From the NCBI GenBank assembly GCA_964016885.1, contig OZ024750.1:28520001-28584000 (forward strand): a DNA stretch of 64,000 bases, read 5' to 3'. The notes beneath the pieces are model-generated. The model worked only from the letters and a program-made list of their open reading frames with translations. It ran no database searches and was not told the origin of the DNA. The DNA comes from Eledone cirrhosa (lineage: Eukaryota). Positions 13,205 through 29,130 of the stretch are shown piece by piece. The translations under genes were made by a program, and so were the position numbers. Position 1 is the first letter of the stretch. Every line of letters starts with the position of its first letter.

Positions 13205-13565
13205 TAGGAGAGAGAGTAGCGAGAGAGAGGAGGGGGTAGAGAGGGAGAGAGAGGAGGGGGTAGAGAGGGAGAGAGAGGAGGGGGTAGAGAGAGAAGAGGG
13301 GGTAGAGAGAGAAGAGGGGGTAGAGAGAGAAGAGGGGGTAGAGAGAGAAGAGGGGGTATAGAGGGGGCTGTAGAGAGAGAGGAGGGGGTAGAGAGGGTAA
13401 GGGGTAGAGAGGATAGGGATAAAGAGGGAGAGAGTAAGAGTAGAGATGAAAGAGATAAAGAGAGAGAAGCGATGAAGAGAGTAAAGAGATAAAGAGAGAG
13501 AAGCGATGAAGAGAGAAGAGAAAGAGAGAGAAGGGATGAAGAGAGAAGAGAGAGATGAAGAAAGG
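13205..13565. repeat. GA-rich 18-bp-like minisatellite
   Basis: (gggggtagagagagaaga)n variants. Confidence 0.85.
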
Positions 13566-13811
13566 GTGATTGTGAAAAGGCGAGTAGTAGAGTTAATACT
13601 AAGCCTGTCAAGTTCTTTGTCTTACAGCCATCTGGTCGGTTTTATGCCTGGTTTGGCGGACGTTTCCTTTTGCTTGTTAAAATAATTTAACGGAGTTCTG
13701 CAGAGCTGGCAAACGGCGGAGAGGGGAGGTATGTTTGTTGATGGAGATTCCCGACCTTCAAAGATTATGTGTATGTACGAATTATGTGTATATATATATA
13801 TGTGTATATAT

Positions 13812-14158
13812 CGAAGGAGTTGTGGTAAGGAACCAGAGGGACCATAACGCACCAGAGTACTCAATGAGTGGGTAATAGAAAAATGTATGACCCCGACGGC
13901 AGAGCTCAAGCCATTTCGACGGCTATTTCTGGACTGTCTAGAAATAGCCATCGAAACGACTTGAGCTCTGCCGCTGGGGTCATACCTTTTCCTATGCAGA
14001 GGTTGTCTTTTTTCAGGGTATGTCAATATTTATTTATAAAAATTATCTGTATTGCATTTTATCTGATGAAAGCGCACCATAATTTGCCTTGGTGGCCCTT
14101 GAAATATGTATAATAAAATAAATATGGTTTTATAAATATAGTTTCCATTTGTTAATAT

Positions 14159-14165
<7 letters not shown>
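13812..14165. mobile_element. Composite insertion: family B (-, with hairpin) fused directly to family A (+, HHR-bearing), between (TA)n tracts
   Basis: 13812-13995 matches family B. From ~13999 aggttgtcttttttcagggtatgtcaatatt... matches family A at 51975-52140. Confidence 0.75.
14056..14119 (+). ncRNA. Minimal type I hammerhead ribozyme (family A)
   Basis: attttat-CTGATGA-aagcgcacca taatttgcct tggtggccctt-GAAA-tatgta-TA-ataaaat. Confidence 0.8.
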
Positions 14166-14212
<47 letters not shown>

Positions 14213-14215
<3 letters not shown>

Positions 14216-14389
14216 TGCATTAAGTGTGGCCGAAACTCGAGTCCGGGAACTAATATAGGCACCCGTTTACGTGTGTTGTATTGAAGCGAATAACTGTGTG
14301 TATACTCTGGAATGTATTCTACATTACCTATTGAGTACGCTGAGATACAACCGGTCCTGGCATTGTTAAATATGCTGGGTCCGTCAACT

Positions 14390-14394
<5 letters not shown>
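14213..14394 (+). mobile_element. (TA)n-flanked element beginning with the 3' half of an HHR
   Basis: ggcc-GAAA-ctcgag (palindromic stem III)-TC at 14232-14243; downstream ttgagtac motif; the CUGANGA half is missing. Confidence 0.55.
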
Positions 14395-14428
<34 letters not shown>

Positions 14429-14470
14429 ATGATATTAATTAAATGGAAACTATATTTATAAAACCATATT

Positions 14471-14531
14471 TATTCTATTATATATATTTCAAGGGTACCA
14501 AAATTTTGGTACGCTATCATCAGATAAAATA
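14471..14531 (-). ncRNA. Minimal type I hammerhead ribozyme (family A variant)
   Basis: Minus strand: tattttat-CTGATGA-tagcgtaccaa aat ttggtaccctt-GAAA-tatata-TA-atagaata. Stem II differs from the other copies but still pairs. Lies within a family A variant at ~14425-14605. Confidence 0.8.
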
Positions 14532-14867
14532 CGAAGTGTGTTTTATAAATTTTGACATAACCAAGGAGAATATACCTTAACGGTTCAAGTAATCCTTGGA
14601 TAGTCCCGTTTGAGGACCTCTGTTCTAGACAGACCACTACCAAAGTCTGACAAGTTCTGTCTACTAGGAGCAATTGGTTTTAAGGTACCTGTATTTAAAC
14701 TTGGCCCCTTCTATTTGACATTAACTCATTCAGTGCTATGGCAGGTAAGACGATAGTTTAAAGATTTTACAAAAATATACATTTATGGCGATACTCATAT
14801 AGTGTGGGCTTGATGCTGCACTAACAGTAACACCAACACAATGTAATTCACAATAGAGACGCATATG

Positions 14868-15260
14868 TTTTCTGATTTAGGAACAAGACCAACAATTTTT
14901 GGGGAGAGGGGAAAGTCGATTAAATCGATCCCAGTGAGTTACTGGTACTTTATTTTATCGACCCAGTAAGGACGAATGGCAAAGCTAACCTCGGCAGGAT
15001 TTGAATCAGAACGTAAAGGGACGTAAGTATATGCCGCTAAGCATTTTGTCCGACGCTCTACCAATCAACCTCTCTTTACGTATAAAATAATTGTTTCTAC
15101 TTTTGGCACAAGGCCAGCAATTACCCAGTACATTACTGGTACTTTATTTTATCGACCCCGTAAGGATGAAAGGCAAAGTTAACCTCGGTGGGATTTGAAC
15201 TCAGACCGTAAAGGGACGTAACTATGCTGGAAAGCATGGCGTCCGACTCTCTACTGATAA
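14868..15260 (-). mobile_element. Two tandem SINE copies
   Basis: SINE motifs as above. Confidence 0.9.
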
Positions 15261-15369
15261 TCCACAAAATAATGTTTAGGTATAATGAACATATATGTGG
15301 CATCCATTATCACAGCTAAAATTCGCCTCTATTGCTAAGTTTATTTTTAATTATTCATATTTATTTTAT

Positions 15370-15497
15370 TTAAACTCGAGGAAAACACTCGGGAATAAAA
15401 CTCAAGGATAAAACCCAAGGATAAAACTCGGGAATAGGACTCGGGAATAAAACTCAAAGATAAAACTCAGGATAAAACTCGGGGATAAAACTCGGGC
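15370..15497. repeat. ~13-bp minisatellite (GGATAAAACTCRR)
   Basis: About 10 degenerate copies. Confidence 0.85.
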
Positions 15498-15644
15498 AAG
15501 GAAGACGATGTGTGACGAAACTACACGGAAAACAATAAAAATAAGAAGAGATTACAACAAAGGAAACTTGTAGAGTTAGGAAAGTGGGGCGGGTTTGTTG
15601 TCAGGAGGTGAAATAATAATGGTGAGACAATGGACTGGTAATAG

Positions 15645-16495
15645 AGATGGTGGTGGTGGTGTTAGTGTCGGTGGTGGTGGTGGTGGTGGTGGTAGAGGTG
15701 ATGGTGTTGGCAGTGGTGATGGTGGTGTTAGTGGGGATATTGGTGGTGGTGGGGGTGTTGTTAGTGGGAGTGATAATGGAGGTGGTGGTGGAGGTTGTGG
15801 TGATAGTGGTGATAGTGGTTATAATGGTGGTGATAGTGGTGGAGGAGATTGTGGAGGTGGTGGTGGTGGGGGGTGTTAGTGGGAGTGATAATGGAGGTGG
15901 TGGTGGAGGTTGTGGTGATAGTGGTGATAGTGGTTATAATGGTGGTGATAGTGGTGGAGGAGATTGTGGAGGTGGTGGTGGTGGGGGGTGTTAGTGGGAG
16001 TGATAATGGAGGTGGTGGTGGAGGTTGTGGTGATAGTGGTTATAATGGTGGTGGAAGTGGTGGAGGAGATTATGGAGGTTTTGGTGGAGGTGATGTGTGG
16101 GGGTGTTAGTGGGAGTGATAATGGAGGTGGTGGTGGAGGTTGTGGTGATAGTGGTTATAATGGTGGTGGAAGTGGTGGAAGAGATTGTGGAGGTTTTGGT
16201 GGAGGTGGTGTGGGGGGTGTTAGTGGGAGTGATAATGGAGGTGGTGGTGGAGGTTGTGGTGATAGTGGTGGAGATGGGGGGTAGTGGGAGTGATAATGGT
16301 GGTGGAAGTGGTGGAGGAGATTATGGAGGTTTTGGTGGAGGTGGTGGTGGAGGGGGTGTTAGTGGGAGTGATAATGGAGGTGGTGGAGGTTTTGGTGGAG
16401 GTGGTGGGGGCGTTGGTGATGGGGAGATTGTGATGGTTGTGGAAGTGTTGGTGGTAGAGGTGGAGGTGGTGGTAATGGTGGTAATGGTGGTGGTA
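15645..16495. repeat. GGT-rich minisatellite, ~110-130 bp units anchored on GTTAGTGGGAGTGATAATGG
   Basis: Direct inspection. Confidence 0.85.
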
Positions 16496-17099
16496 TAAGT
16501 CAGTGTATGTGTTCTATGAAGTAAGAATGGTTTAGGGTTAGGATATTGTGCTACCCCAGTAAAAACAAAAAACACTGTTGACCCGCCTGCCCCACCTCCC
16601 CGTGCACACCACCCGCCTAAACTTGACGGTTTGTAGGAGGGCGGGGGTATTTGGTGGGGGGGGGGGGGCAGTTAACAACAACAACAACAACAAATCAGTG
16701 GCAGCCATCAAAAAAGTAGCAGTAGATAAAAGTACAGAATGAGAGGAAGGGTGGGAGGAGATGATGAGCGAGAGAGAGGGATAGATAGGGGGATAGATAG
16801 ATGAAGTGAGGGGCAGAGAACGATAGATAGAGAGAGAGATGAAGTGAGAGTTAGTTAGAGAGAGAGGGGGTAGACAGATGAAGTAAGAGTTAGAGAGAAA
16901 GGGGGTAGTTAGATGAAGTGAGAGTTAGAGAGAGAGAGAGGGAGTAGTTAGATGAAGTGAGAGTTAGAGAGAGAGAAAGGGGGTAGATAGAGAGAGGGGG
17001 TAGATAGATGAAGTGGGAGTTAGAGAGTAAAACAACAACTATGTGGGGTGAGAGAAGAAACATTTATTGGCGAAAGGGTGGAAATAGAAAGTTAGTTAA

Positions 17100-17700
17100 G
17101 GTGGTGGTGGTGGTGGTGTTGGCTGTGGTGGTGGTGGTGGTGGTGTTGGCTGTGGTGGTGGTGTTGGCTGTGATGGTGGTGGTGTTGGTGGTGGTGTTGG
17201 CTGTGATGGTGGTGGTGTTGGTGGTGGTGTTGGCTGTGATGGTGGTGGTGTTGGTGGTGGTGGTGTTGGCTGTGATGGTGGTGGTGTTGGTGGTGGTGGT
17301 GTTGGCTCCAGTTGTGGTGGTGTTCTGGCTGTAGTGGTGGTGCTGGTGGAGGTGGTGGTGGTGGTGGTTGTGGTGGTGTTGCTGGAAGTGGTGGTGGTGG
17401 TGGTTGTGGTGGTGTTGCTGGAAGTGGTGGTGTTTGCTGTAGTTGTGATGGTGGTGTTGAGTGTAGTAGTGGTGGTGTTACTAGCTATAGTAGGTGGTGG
17501 TGGTGTTTGCTGGCTGTAGTGTTAGTGGTGGTGTTGGTGGTGGTGGTGGTGGTGGTGTTTGCTGGCTGTAGTGTTAGTGGTGGTGTTGGTGGTGGTGGTG
17601 GTGGTGGTGTTTGCTGTAGTGCTGGTGTTGTTGCTGGCTGTAGTAGTAGTAGTAGTAGTGGTGGTGGTGGTGGTGGTGGTGGTGGTGGCGTTTGCTGTAG
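17100..17700. repeat. (GGT)n degenerate repeat
   Basis: Direct inspection. Confidence 0.9.
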
Positions 17701-18044
17701 TTGTATGTAATGATAGTCTGATGAGGTAGGCTGTGCGTGGAGAGAGAGAGGTGTAGAGGTGGAGGCGGTATGAATGATTAAATGGATGTTTTAACGTAGC
17801 TTCTGTCTTTGTTGTGTCCAACCATTATCACTACCAGCCCCCACCCCGCTCCTCTAACCCCTCTCCTCGCACCTCCTCCCACCTCATCTCATTATATCCT
17901 CCCATCCCTCTACACATTTCCTTCTTACTCTCACTCCCTCTCTCTCTCTCTCTACTCTCTTACTCTTTCTTAGTCTGTTTTCCCCTCTCTCGCTTCCTAA
18001 CTCTCAACGATTACCATCCCTCCTTTGGCATCAGCCTTGATATA

Positions 18045-21000
18045 CTAACACATAAACACATAGACACATTAACATACATACACATAAACACATAGACACA
18101 CTAACATACTAACACATAAACACATAGACACATTAACATACAAACACATAAACACATAGACACACTAACATACAAACACATAAACACATAGACACACTAA
18201 CATACAAACACATAAACACATAGACACACTAACATACAAACACATAAACACATAGACACACTAACATACATACACATAAACACATAGACACACTAACATA
18301 CAAACACATAAACACATAGACACACTAACATACAAACACATAAACACATAGACACACTAACATACTAACACATAAACACATAGACACACTAACATACAAA
18401 CACATAAACACATAGACACACTAACATACATACACATAAACACATAGACACACTAACATACAAACACATAAACACATAGACACACTAACATACATACACA
18501 TAAACACATAGACACACTAACATACTAACACATAAACACATAGACACACTAACATACATACACATAAACACATAGACACACTAACATACATAAACACATA
18601 GACACACTAACATACTAACACATAAACACATAGACACACTAACATACATACACATAAACACATAGACACACTAACATACATACACATAAACACAGACACA
18701 CTAACATACAAACACATAAACACATAGACACACTAACATACAAACACGTAAACACATAGACACACTAACATACATACACATAAACACATAGACACACTAA
18801 CATACAAACACATAAACACATAGACACACTAACATACAAACACATAAACACATAGACACGCTAACATACAAACACATAAACACATAGACACACTAACATA
18901 CATACACATAAACACATAGACACATTAACATACATACACATAAACACATAGACACACTAACATACAAACACATAAACACAGACACACTAACATACAAACA
19001 CATAGACACACTAACATACTAACACATAAACACATAGACACACTAACATACATACACATAAACACATAGACACACTAACATACATACACATAAACACATA
19101 GACACACTAACATACATACACATAAACACATAGACACACTAACATACATACACATAAACACATAGACACACTAACATACTAACACATAAACACATAGACA
19201 CACTAACATACTAACACATAAACACATAGACACACTAACATACAAACACATAAACACATAGACACACTAACATACAAACACATAAACACATAGACACACT
19301 AACATACATACACATAAGCACATAGACACACTAACATACATACACATAAACACATAGACACACTAACATACAAACACATAAACACATAGACACACTAACA
19401 TACAAACACATAAACACATAGACACACTAACATACATACACATAAACACATAGACACACTAACATACAAACACATAAACACATAGACACACTAACATACA
19501 TACACATAAGCACATAGACACACTAACATACAAACACGTAAACACATAGACACACTAACATACAAACACATAAACACATAGACACACTAACATACAAACA
19601 CATAAACACATAGACACACTAACATACATACACATAAACACATAGACACACTAACATACAAACACATAAACACAGACACACTAACATACAAACACATAGA
19701 CACACTAACATACTAACACATAAACACATAGACACACTAACATACATACACATAAACACATAGACACACTAACATACAAACACATAAACACATAGACACA
19801 CTAACATACAAACACATAAACACATAGACACACTAACATACAAACACATAAACACATAGACACACTAACATACAAACACATAAACACATAGACACACTAA
19901 CATACATACACATAAACACATAGACACACTAACATACAAACACATAAACACATAGACACACTAACATACAAACACATAAACACATAGACACACTAACATA
20001 CTAACACATAAACACATAGACACACTAACATACAAACACATAAACACATAGACACACTAACATACATACACATAAACACATAGACACACTAACATACAAA
20101 CACATAAACACATAGACACACTAACATACATACACATAAACACATAGACACACTAACATACATACACATAAACACATAGACACACTAACATACAAACACA
20201 TAAACACATAGACACACTAACATACATACACATAAGCACATAGACACACTAACATACATACACATAAACACATAGACACACTAACATACAAACACATAAA
20301 CACATAGACACACTAACATACAAACACATAAACACATAGACACACTAACATACTAACACATAAACACATAGACACACTAACATACAAACACATAAACACA
20401 TAGACACACTAACATACAAACACATAAACACATAGACACACTAACATACTAACACATAAACACATAGACACACTAACATACAAACACATAAACACATAGA
20501 CACACTAACATACAAACACATAAACACATAGACACACTAACATACAAACACATAAACACATAGACACACTAACATACATACACATAAACACATAGACACA
20601 CTAACATACATACACATAAACACAGACACACTAACATACAAACACATAAACACATAGACACACTAACATACAAACACGTAAACACATAGACACACTAACA
20701 TACATACACATAAACACATAGACACACTAACATACAAACACATAAACACATAGACACACTAACATACAAACACATAAACACATAGACACGCTAACATACA
20801 AACACATAAACACATAGACACACTAACATACATACACATAAACACATAGACACATTAACATACATACACATAAACACATAGACACACTAACATACAAACA
20901 CATAAACACAGACACACTAACATACAAACACATAGACACACTAACATACTAACACATAAACACATAGACACACTAACATACATACACATAAACACATAGA

Positions 21001-24000
21001 CACACTAACATACATACACATAAACACATAGACACACTAACATACATACACATAAACACATAGACACACTAACATACATACACATAAACACATAGACACA
21101 CTAACATACTAACACATAAACACATAGACACACTAACATACTAACACATAAACACATAGACACACTAACATACAAACACATAAACACATAGACACACTAA
21201 CATACAAACACATAAACACATAGACACACTAACATACATACACATAAGCACATAGACACACTAACATACATACACATAAACACATAGACACACTAACATA
21301 CAAACACATAAACACATAGACACACTAACATACAAACACATAAACACATAGACACACTAACATACATACACATAAACACATAGACACACTAACATACAAA
21401 CACATAAACACATAGACACACTAACATACATACACATAAGCACATAGACACACTAACATACAAACACGTAAACACATAGACACACTAACATACAAACACA
21501 TAAACACATAGACACACTAACATACAAACACATAAACACATAGACACACTAACATACATACACATAAACACATAGACACACTAACATACAAACACATAAA
21601 CACAGACACACTAACATACAAACACATAGACACACTAACATACTAACACATAAACACATAGACACACTAACATACATACACATAAACACATAGACACACT
21701 AACATACAAACACATAAACACATAGACACACTAACATACAAACACATAAACACATAGACACACTAACATACAAACACATAAACACATAGACACACTAACA
21801 TACAAACACATAAACACATAGACACACTAACATACATACACATAAACACATAGACACACTAACATACAAACACATAAACACATAGACACACTAACATACA
21901 AACACATAAACACATAGACACACTAACATACTAACACATAAACACATAGACACACTAACATACAAACACATAAACACATAGACACACTAACATACATACA
22001 CATAAACACATAGACACACTAACATACAAACACATAAACACATAGACACACTAACATACATACACATAAACACATAGACACACTAACATACATACACATA
22101 AACACATAGACACACTAACATACAAACACATAAACACATAGACACACTAACATACATACACATAAGCACATAGACACACTAACATACATACACATAAACA
22201 CATAGACACACTAACATACAAACACATAAACACATAGACACACTAACATACAAACACATAAACACATAGACACACTAACATACTAACACATAAACACATA
22301 GACACACTAACATACAAACACATAAACACATAGACACACTAACATACAAACACATAAACACATAGACACACTAACATACTAACACATAAACACATAGACA
22401 CACTAACATACAAACACATAAACACATAGACACACTAACATACAAACACATAAACACATAGACACACTAACATACAAACACATAAACACATAGACACACT
22501 AACATACATACACATAAACACATAGACACACTAACATACAAACACATAAACACATAGACACACTAACATACAAACACATAAACACATAGACACACTAACA
22601 TACTAACACATAAACACATAGACACACTAACATACATACACATAAACACATAGACACACTAACATACAAACACGTAAACACATAGACACACTAACATACA
22701 AACACATAAACACATAGACACACTAACATACAAACACATAAACACATAGACACACTAACATACATACACATAACCACATAGACACACTAACATACAAACA
22801 CATAAACACAGACACACTAACATACAAACACATAGACACACTAACATACTAACACATAAACACATAGACACACTAACATACATACACATAAACACAGACA
22901 CACTAACATACATACACATAAACACATAGACACACTAACATACAAACACATAAACACATAGACACACTAACATACATACACATAAACACATAGACACACT
23001 AACATACTAACACATAAACACATAGACACACTAACATACATACACATAAACACATAGACACACTAACATACATAAACACATAGACACACTAACATACTAA
23101 CACATAAACACATAGACACACTAACATACATACACATAAACACATAGACACACTAACATACATACACATAAACACAGACACACTAACATACAAACACATA
23201 AACACATAGACACACTAACATACAAACACGTAAACACATAGACACACTAACATACATACACATAAACACATAGACACACTAACATACAAACACATAAACA
23301 CATAGACACACTAACATACAAACACATAAACACATAGACACGCTAACATACAAACACATAAACACATAGACACACTAACATACATACACATAAACACATA
23401 GACACATTAACATACATACACATAAACACATAGACACACTAACATACAAACACATAAACACAGACACACTAACATACAAACACATAGACACACTAACATA
23501 CTAACACATAAACACATAGACACACTAACATACATACACATAAACACATAGACACACTAACATACATACACATAAACACATAGACACACTAACATACATA
23601 CACATAAACACATAGACACACTAACATACATACACATAAACACATAGACACACTAACATACTAACACATAAACACATAGACACACTAACATACTAACACA
23701 TAAACACATAGACACACTAACATACAAACACATAAACACATAGACACACTAACATACAAACACATAAACACATAGACACACTAACATACATACACATAAG
23801 CACATAGACACACTAACATACATACACATAAACACATAGACACACTAACATACAAACACATAAACACATAGACACACTAACATACAAACACATAAACACA
23901 TAGACACACTAACATACATACACATAAACACATAGACACACTAACATACAAACACATAAACACATAGACACACTAACATACATACACATAAGCACATAGA

Positions 24001-25960
24001 CACACTAACATACAAACACGTAAACACATAGACACACTAACATACAAACACATAAACACATAGACACACTAACATACAAACACATAAACACATAGACACA
24101 CTAACATACATACACATAAACACATAGACACACTAACATACAAACACATAAACACAGACACACTAACATACAAACACATAGACACACTAACATACTAACA
24201 CATAAACACATAGACACACTAACATACATACACATAAACACAGACACACTAACATACATACACATAAACACATAGACACACTAACATACAAACACATAAA
24301 CACATAGACACACTAACATACATACACATAAACACATAGACACACTAACATACTAACACATAAACACATAGACACACTAACATACATACACATAAACACA
24401 TAGACACACTAACATACATAAACACATAGACACACTAACATACTAACACATAAACACATAGACACACTAACATACATACACATAAACACATAGACACACT
24501 AACATACATACACATAAACACAGACACACTAACATACAAACACATAAACACATAGACACACTAACATACAAACACGTAAACACATAGACACACTAACATA
24601 CATACACATAAACACATAGACACACTAACATACAAACACATAAACACATAGACACACTAACATACAAACACATAAACACATAGACACGCTAACATACAAA
24701 CACATAAACACATAGACACACTAACATACATACACATAAACACATAGACACATTAACATACATACACATAAACACATAGACACACTAACATACAAACACA
24801 TAAACACAGACACACTAACATACAAACACATAGACACACTAACATACTAACACATAAACACATAGACACACTAACATACATACACATAAACACATAGACA
24901 CACTAACATACATACACATAAACACATAGACACACTAACATACAAACACATAAACACATTGACACACTAACATACAAACACGTAAACACATAGACACACT
25001 AACATACATACACATAAACACAGACACACTAACATACAAACACATAAACTCATAGACACACTAACATACAAACACATAAACACATAGACACACTAACATA
25101 CAAACACATAAACACATAGACACACTAACATACAAACACATAAACACAGACACACTAACATACATACACATAAACACAGACACACTAACATACAAACACA
25201 TAAACACACTAACATACATACACATAAACACAGACACACTAACATACAAACACATAAACACATATACACACTAACATACATACACATAAACACATAGACA
25301 CACTAACATACATACACATAAACACAGACACACTAACATACAAACACAAACACATAGGCACACTAACATACATACACATAAACACATAGACGCACTAACA
25401 TACATACACATAAACACATAGACACACTAACATACATACACATAAACACAGATACACTAACATACAAACACAGACACACTAACATACAAACACATAAACA
25501 CATAGACACACTTGCATACAAACACATAAACACATATACACACTAACATACAAACACATAAACACATATACACACTAACATACATACACATAAACACATA
25601 TACACACTAACATACATACATACACATAAATACACTAACATACAAACACAAACACATATACACACTAACATACATACACATAAACACACTAACATACATA
25701 CACATAAACACACTAACATACATACACATAAACACATACACACTAACATACATACACATAAAAACATATACACTAACATACATACACAAAAACATATACA
25801 CTAACATACATACACATAAAAACATATATACACTAACATACATACACAAACACATATATACACTAACATACATACACATAAATACATATACACACTAACA
25901 TACATAAAACATATATACACACTAACATACAAACACAAAAACATATACACACTAACACAC
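18045..25960. repeat. ~7.8-kb satellite of 32-bp units (CACACTAACATACAAACACATAAACACATAGA) with internal block duplications
   Basis: The unit is read directly. The rare variant GACACGCTAAC recurs at ~18860, 20790, 23342 and 24688 with the same neighbouring variants. The array degenerates after ~25000. Confidence 0.97.
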
Positions 25961-26228
25961 ATACATAAAATCACACATACACACTAACACAGAAACACAT
26001 ACATACTAACACACAAACATATATACACACTAACATACATAGATAAAAACCTATATACACACTAACACACAAACATATACACAGTAACATGCATACATAA
26101 ATATACACTAACACACACACACACAAATGTATATAAATATACAAATATATATATATATACACACACACATAAACGTATTTACACACTAACACATACACAA
26201 ATATACACTAACACACACACAAATATAC

Positions 26229-26261
<33 letters not shown>

Positions 26262-26472
26262 GTTGAACGACCTCTATTCTCCACCTCTCTCTCCCCCTCC
26301 TCTACAGTTCCACCACCGCCACCATCACCAGGACGCCATTGTTTCCACAAACTTCAACGCTTTCCGAGTCAAACTTGTAACTTTTGTTGTTGCTTTTGTT
26401 GTTATTGTTGTTATTGTCGATGTTACTGTTGCTGGTATTGTTGTTGTTGCTGACGTCTTTGTTGATGTTATT

Positions 26473-26525
<53 letters not shown>

Positions 26526-26654
26526 TTTACCGTTACCCTTTCTTTTATTACTTTTGTTGCTGCTGATTCTTATTGCTGCGCTCCTGTTGCTGCTGCTGCT
26601 CTTGTTGCTGCTATTGCTGCAGTAGCTACTGTTGCTGCTTCTGTTGTTATAGTT

Positions 26655-26942
26655 AGGGTCGATAAAATAAAGTACCAGTAATGAACTGGTTTCGATTTAA
26701 ACGACTTTCCCTTCCCCCCAAAATTGTTGGCCTTGTGTCAAAATCAGAAACCATTATAACTGGCAGTATCGGTAGAGGGTCTGACGCCATGCTTTGCAGC
26801 AAAGAGTTACTGCCCTTTATGGTCTGAGTTCAAATCCCGCCGATGTTAACTTTGCCTGTCATCCTTACGGGCTCGATAAAATAAATTACCGGTAATGTAT
26901 TGGGTAATTGCTGGCCTTGTGCCAAAAGTAGAAACAATTATA
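26655..26942 (+). mobile_element. Two SINE copies (3' fragment plus near-full)
   Basis: SINE motifs on the plus strand. Confidence 0.9.
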
Positions 26943-27499
26943 AATGAAAGTTTGTACGGATACTTGTCCAATATAACTTCAATCGCTCTAATGCGGTCAC
27001 AATTGGAAGGACTTTGATGGCCTCTCGAGTGTAAGTATAGACGAGAACAACGAAAGCCTGTGGTCAGGCTTATGGATGAGTTAAGTGAGGGCCGAGAACA
27101 AATGAATGCAATCCAATAAAATACTCAAGTTTGCAGTGCTGACACTTCTTTCAACAGTACATTATAAAACACTTGTACTACTAGGTTTTGAGGCTAAGAG
27201 GTCTGAGTCTTTTTAATAACTAACTGTTTGAGCAATGGGCGCTGTGCAGGACTTCAGGCATGATACGAACACCCGAAGTCTTGAGTAATTGCGACAAAAT
27301 CGTAGACATTTATATATAGAAAAGCACACAGCTCATAACTTGTGGTTCACGTCAACTATATATAAATTTCTGCGATTCTGTCACAACACGTAAAGAAAAA
27401 GGAGTAGTTTGACTACCTCTTACTACTCCTCTCTCTACTTACGTCTGTTGCCTACGTGAATGTATGTATGATGGAGAAAAACTGCGCTGTGTATGAGTG

Positions 27500-28020
27500 T
27501 ATGCGCTGTGTTTGTGTAAATAAATGTATGTGTGTTTGTGTGAATATATGTGTGTGTGTTTGTGTGAATATATGTGTGTGTGTTTGTGTGAATATATGTG
27601 TGCGCGTGTGTGAATATATGTGTGTACGTTTGGTTGATTGTATGTGTGTATGTGAGTAAATAAATGTATGTGTGTTTGTGTGAATATGTGTGTGTGTTTG
27701 TGTGAATATGTGAGTGTATGCGTGTGTGAATATATGTGTGTGTTCGTGTAAATATATGTGTGTACGTTTGGTTGATTGTATGTGTGTATGTGAGTAAATA
27801 AATGTATGTGTGTGTGTGAATATGTGTGTGTGTTTGTGTGAATATGTGTGTGTGAATATGTGTGTGTGTTTGTGTGAATATGTGTGTGTATGCGTGTGTG
27901 AATATATGTGTGTGTTCGTGTAAATATATGTGTGTACGTTTGGTTGATTGTATGTGTGTATGTGTATGTGTGTATGTGAATGTATGTCTGTGAGTGTGTC
28001 TTTTTGTAAGTGTGTAAGTG
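27500..28020. repeat. TG-rich degenerate minisatellite
   Basis: Direct inspection. Confidence 0.85.
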
Positions 28021-28442
28021 TTTGCGCGTTTCTATTTATATACTTATATCATACATATAAAAGTAGACATGTACATACTCACACGCACACATATACAAAA
28101 AATACGCATCAGCGTATGGAAAAAAAAATCTAGTTTGATAAACAATTGTGTAAGCCATAGATCAAGTGATTGCTTGATCTTAGAAAGGTGTACATAGTAA
28201 ATCTCGCAGCCGATGAATGGTATTAGATATCTGTCTGTTGTAGAAACATCTAGTTTGCTTTCTTTAAATAGATGACATTTATTGTCATATTTGTCAAAAG
28301 ATAGACAGAAAATGAATATCCGCCATTGTTGCTTTTTATCATTGTTTACACACTTTTCATTTAATTCTAGTGATAGCTTTTCAACGTAAGTCGTGTTAGT
28401 AATAATTAAATATCTTAAACAAATTAAACTCAATCTCTAAAG

Positions 28443-28840
28443 CGACACTGCACCCCGACACACCACCACACCACCACCACCACAGTATTACCACGACACT
28501 GCACCACAACACACCACACCACACCACCACAGTATTACCACGACACTGCACCCGATACACCACCACAAAACACCACCCCACCACACAGTATTACCACGAC
28601 ACTGCACCACACCACACCACCACCACAGTATTACCACGACACTGCACCCGACACTCCACCACAACACACCACCCCACCACACAGTATTACCACGACACTG
28701 CACCCCGACACACCACCACACCACCACCACCACAGTATTACCACGACACTGCACACCGACACACCACCCCCAACACACCACCCCACCACACAGTATTACC
28801 ACGACACTACACCCCGACACACCACCACAACACAGTATTA
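28443..28840. repeat. ~40-50 bp minisatellite (CACAGTATTACCACGACACTGCACC core)
   Basis: About 8 copies. Confidence 0.9.
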
Positions 28841-28917
28841 ATTAACCCAACACTCCGCCCCAACACATACATTTGGTGTGTCAGACCTAGATGTATGTGT
28901 CCAATGTTGGCGTTAAA

Positions 28918-29130
28918 CCATGTGGTGTGTCAGTCCTACATGTGGTGTGGCAGATCTACATGTGGCCTGGCGGATCTACATGTGGCCTGGCAGACCTACA
29001 TGTGGCCTGGCATACCTACATGTGGTGCGGCATACCTACATGTGGTGCGGCATACCTACATGTGGTGCGGCATACCTACATGTGGTGCGACATACCTACA
29101 TGTGGTGCGACATACCTACATGTGGTGTGC
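28918..29130. repeat. 20-bp minisatellite (ACCTACATGTGGTGCGGCAT)
   Basis: About 10 copies with a gradient of variants. Confidence 0.9.

Noticed and set aside
28443-29130. Short regularly spaced repeats
   Set aside because: Ordinary minisatellites with low-complexity or no spacers.
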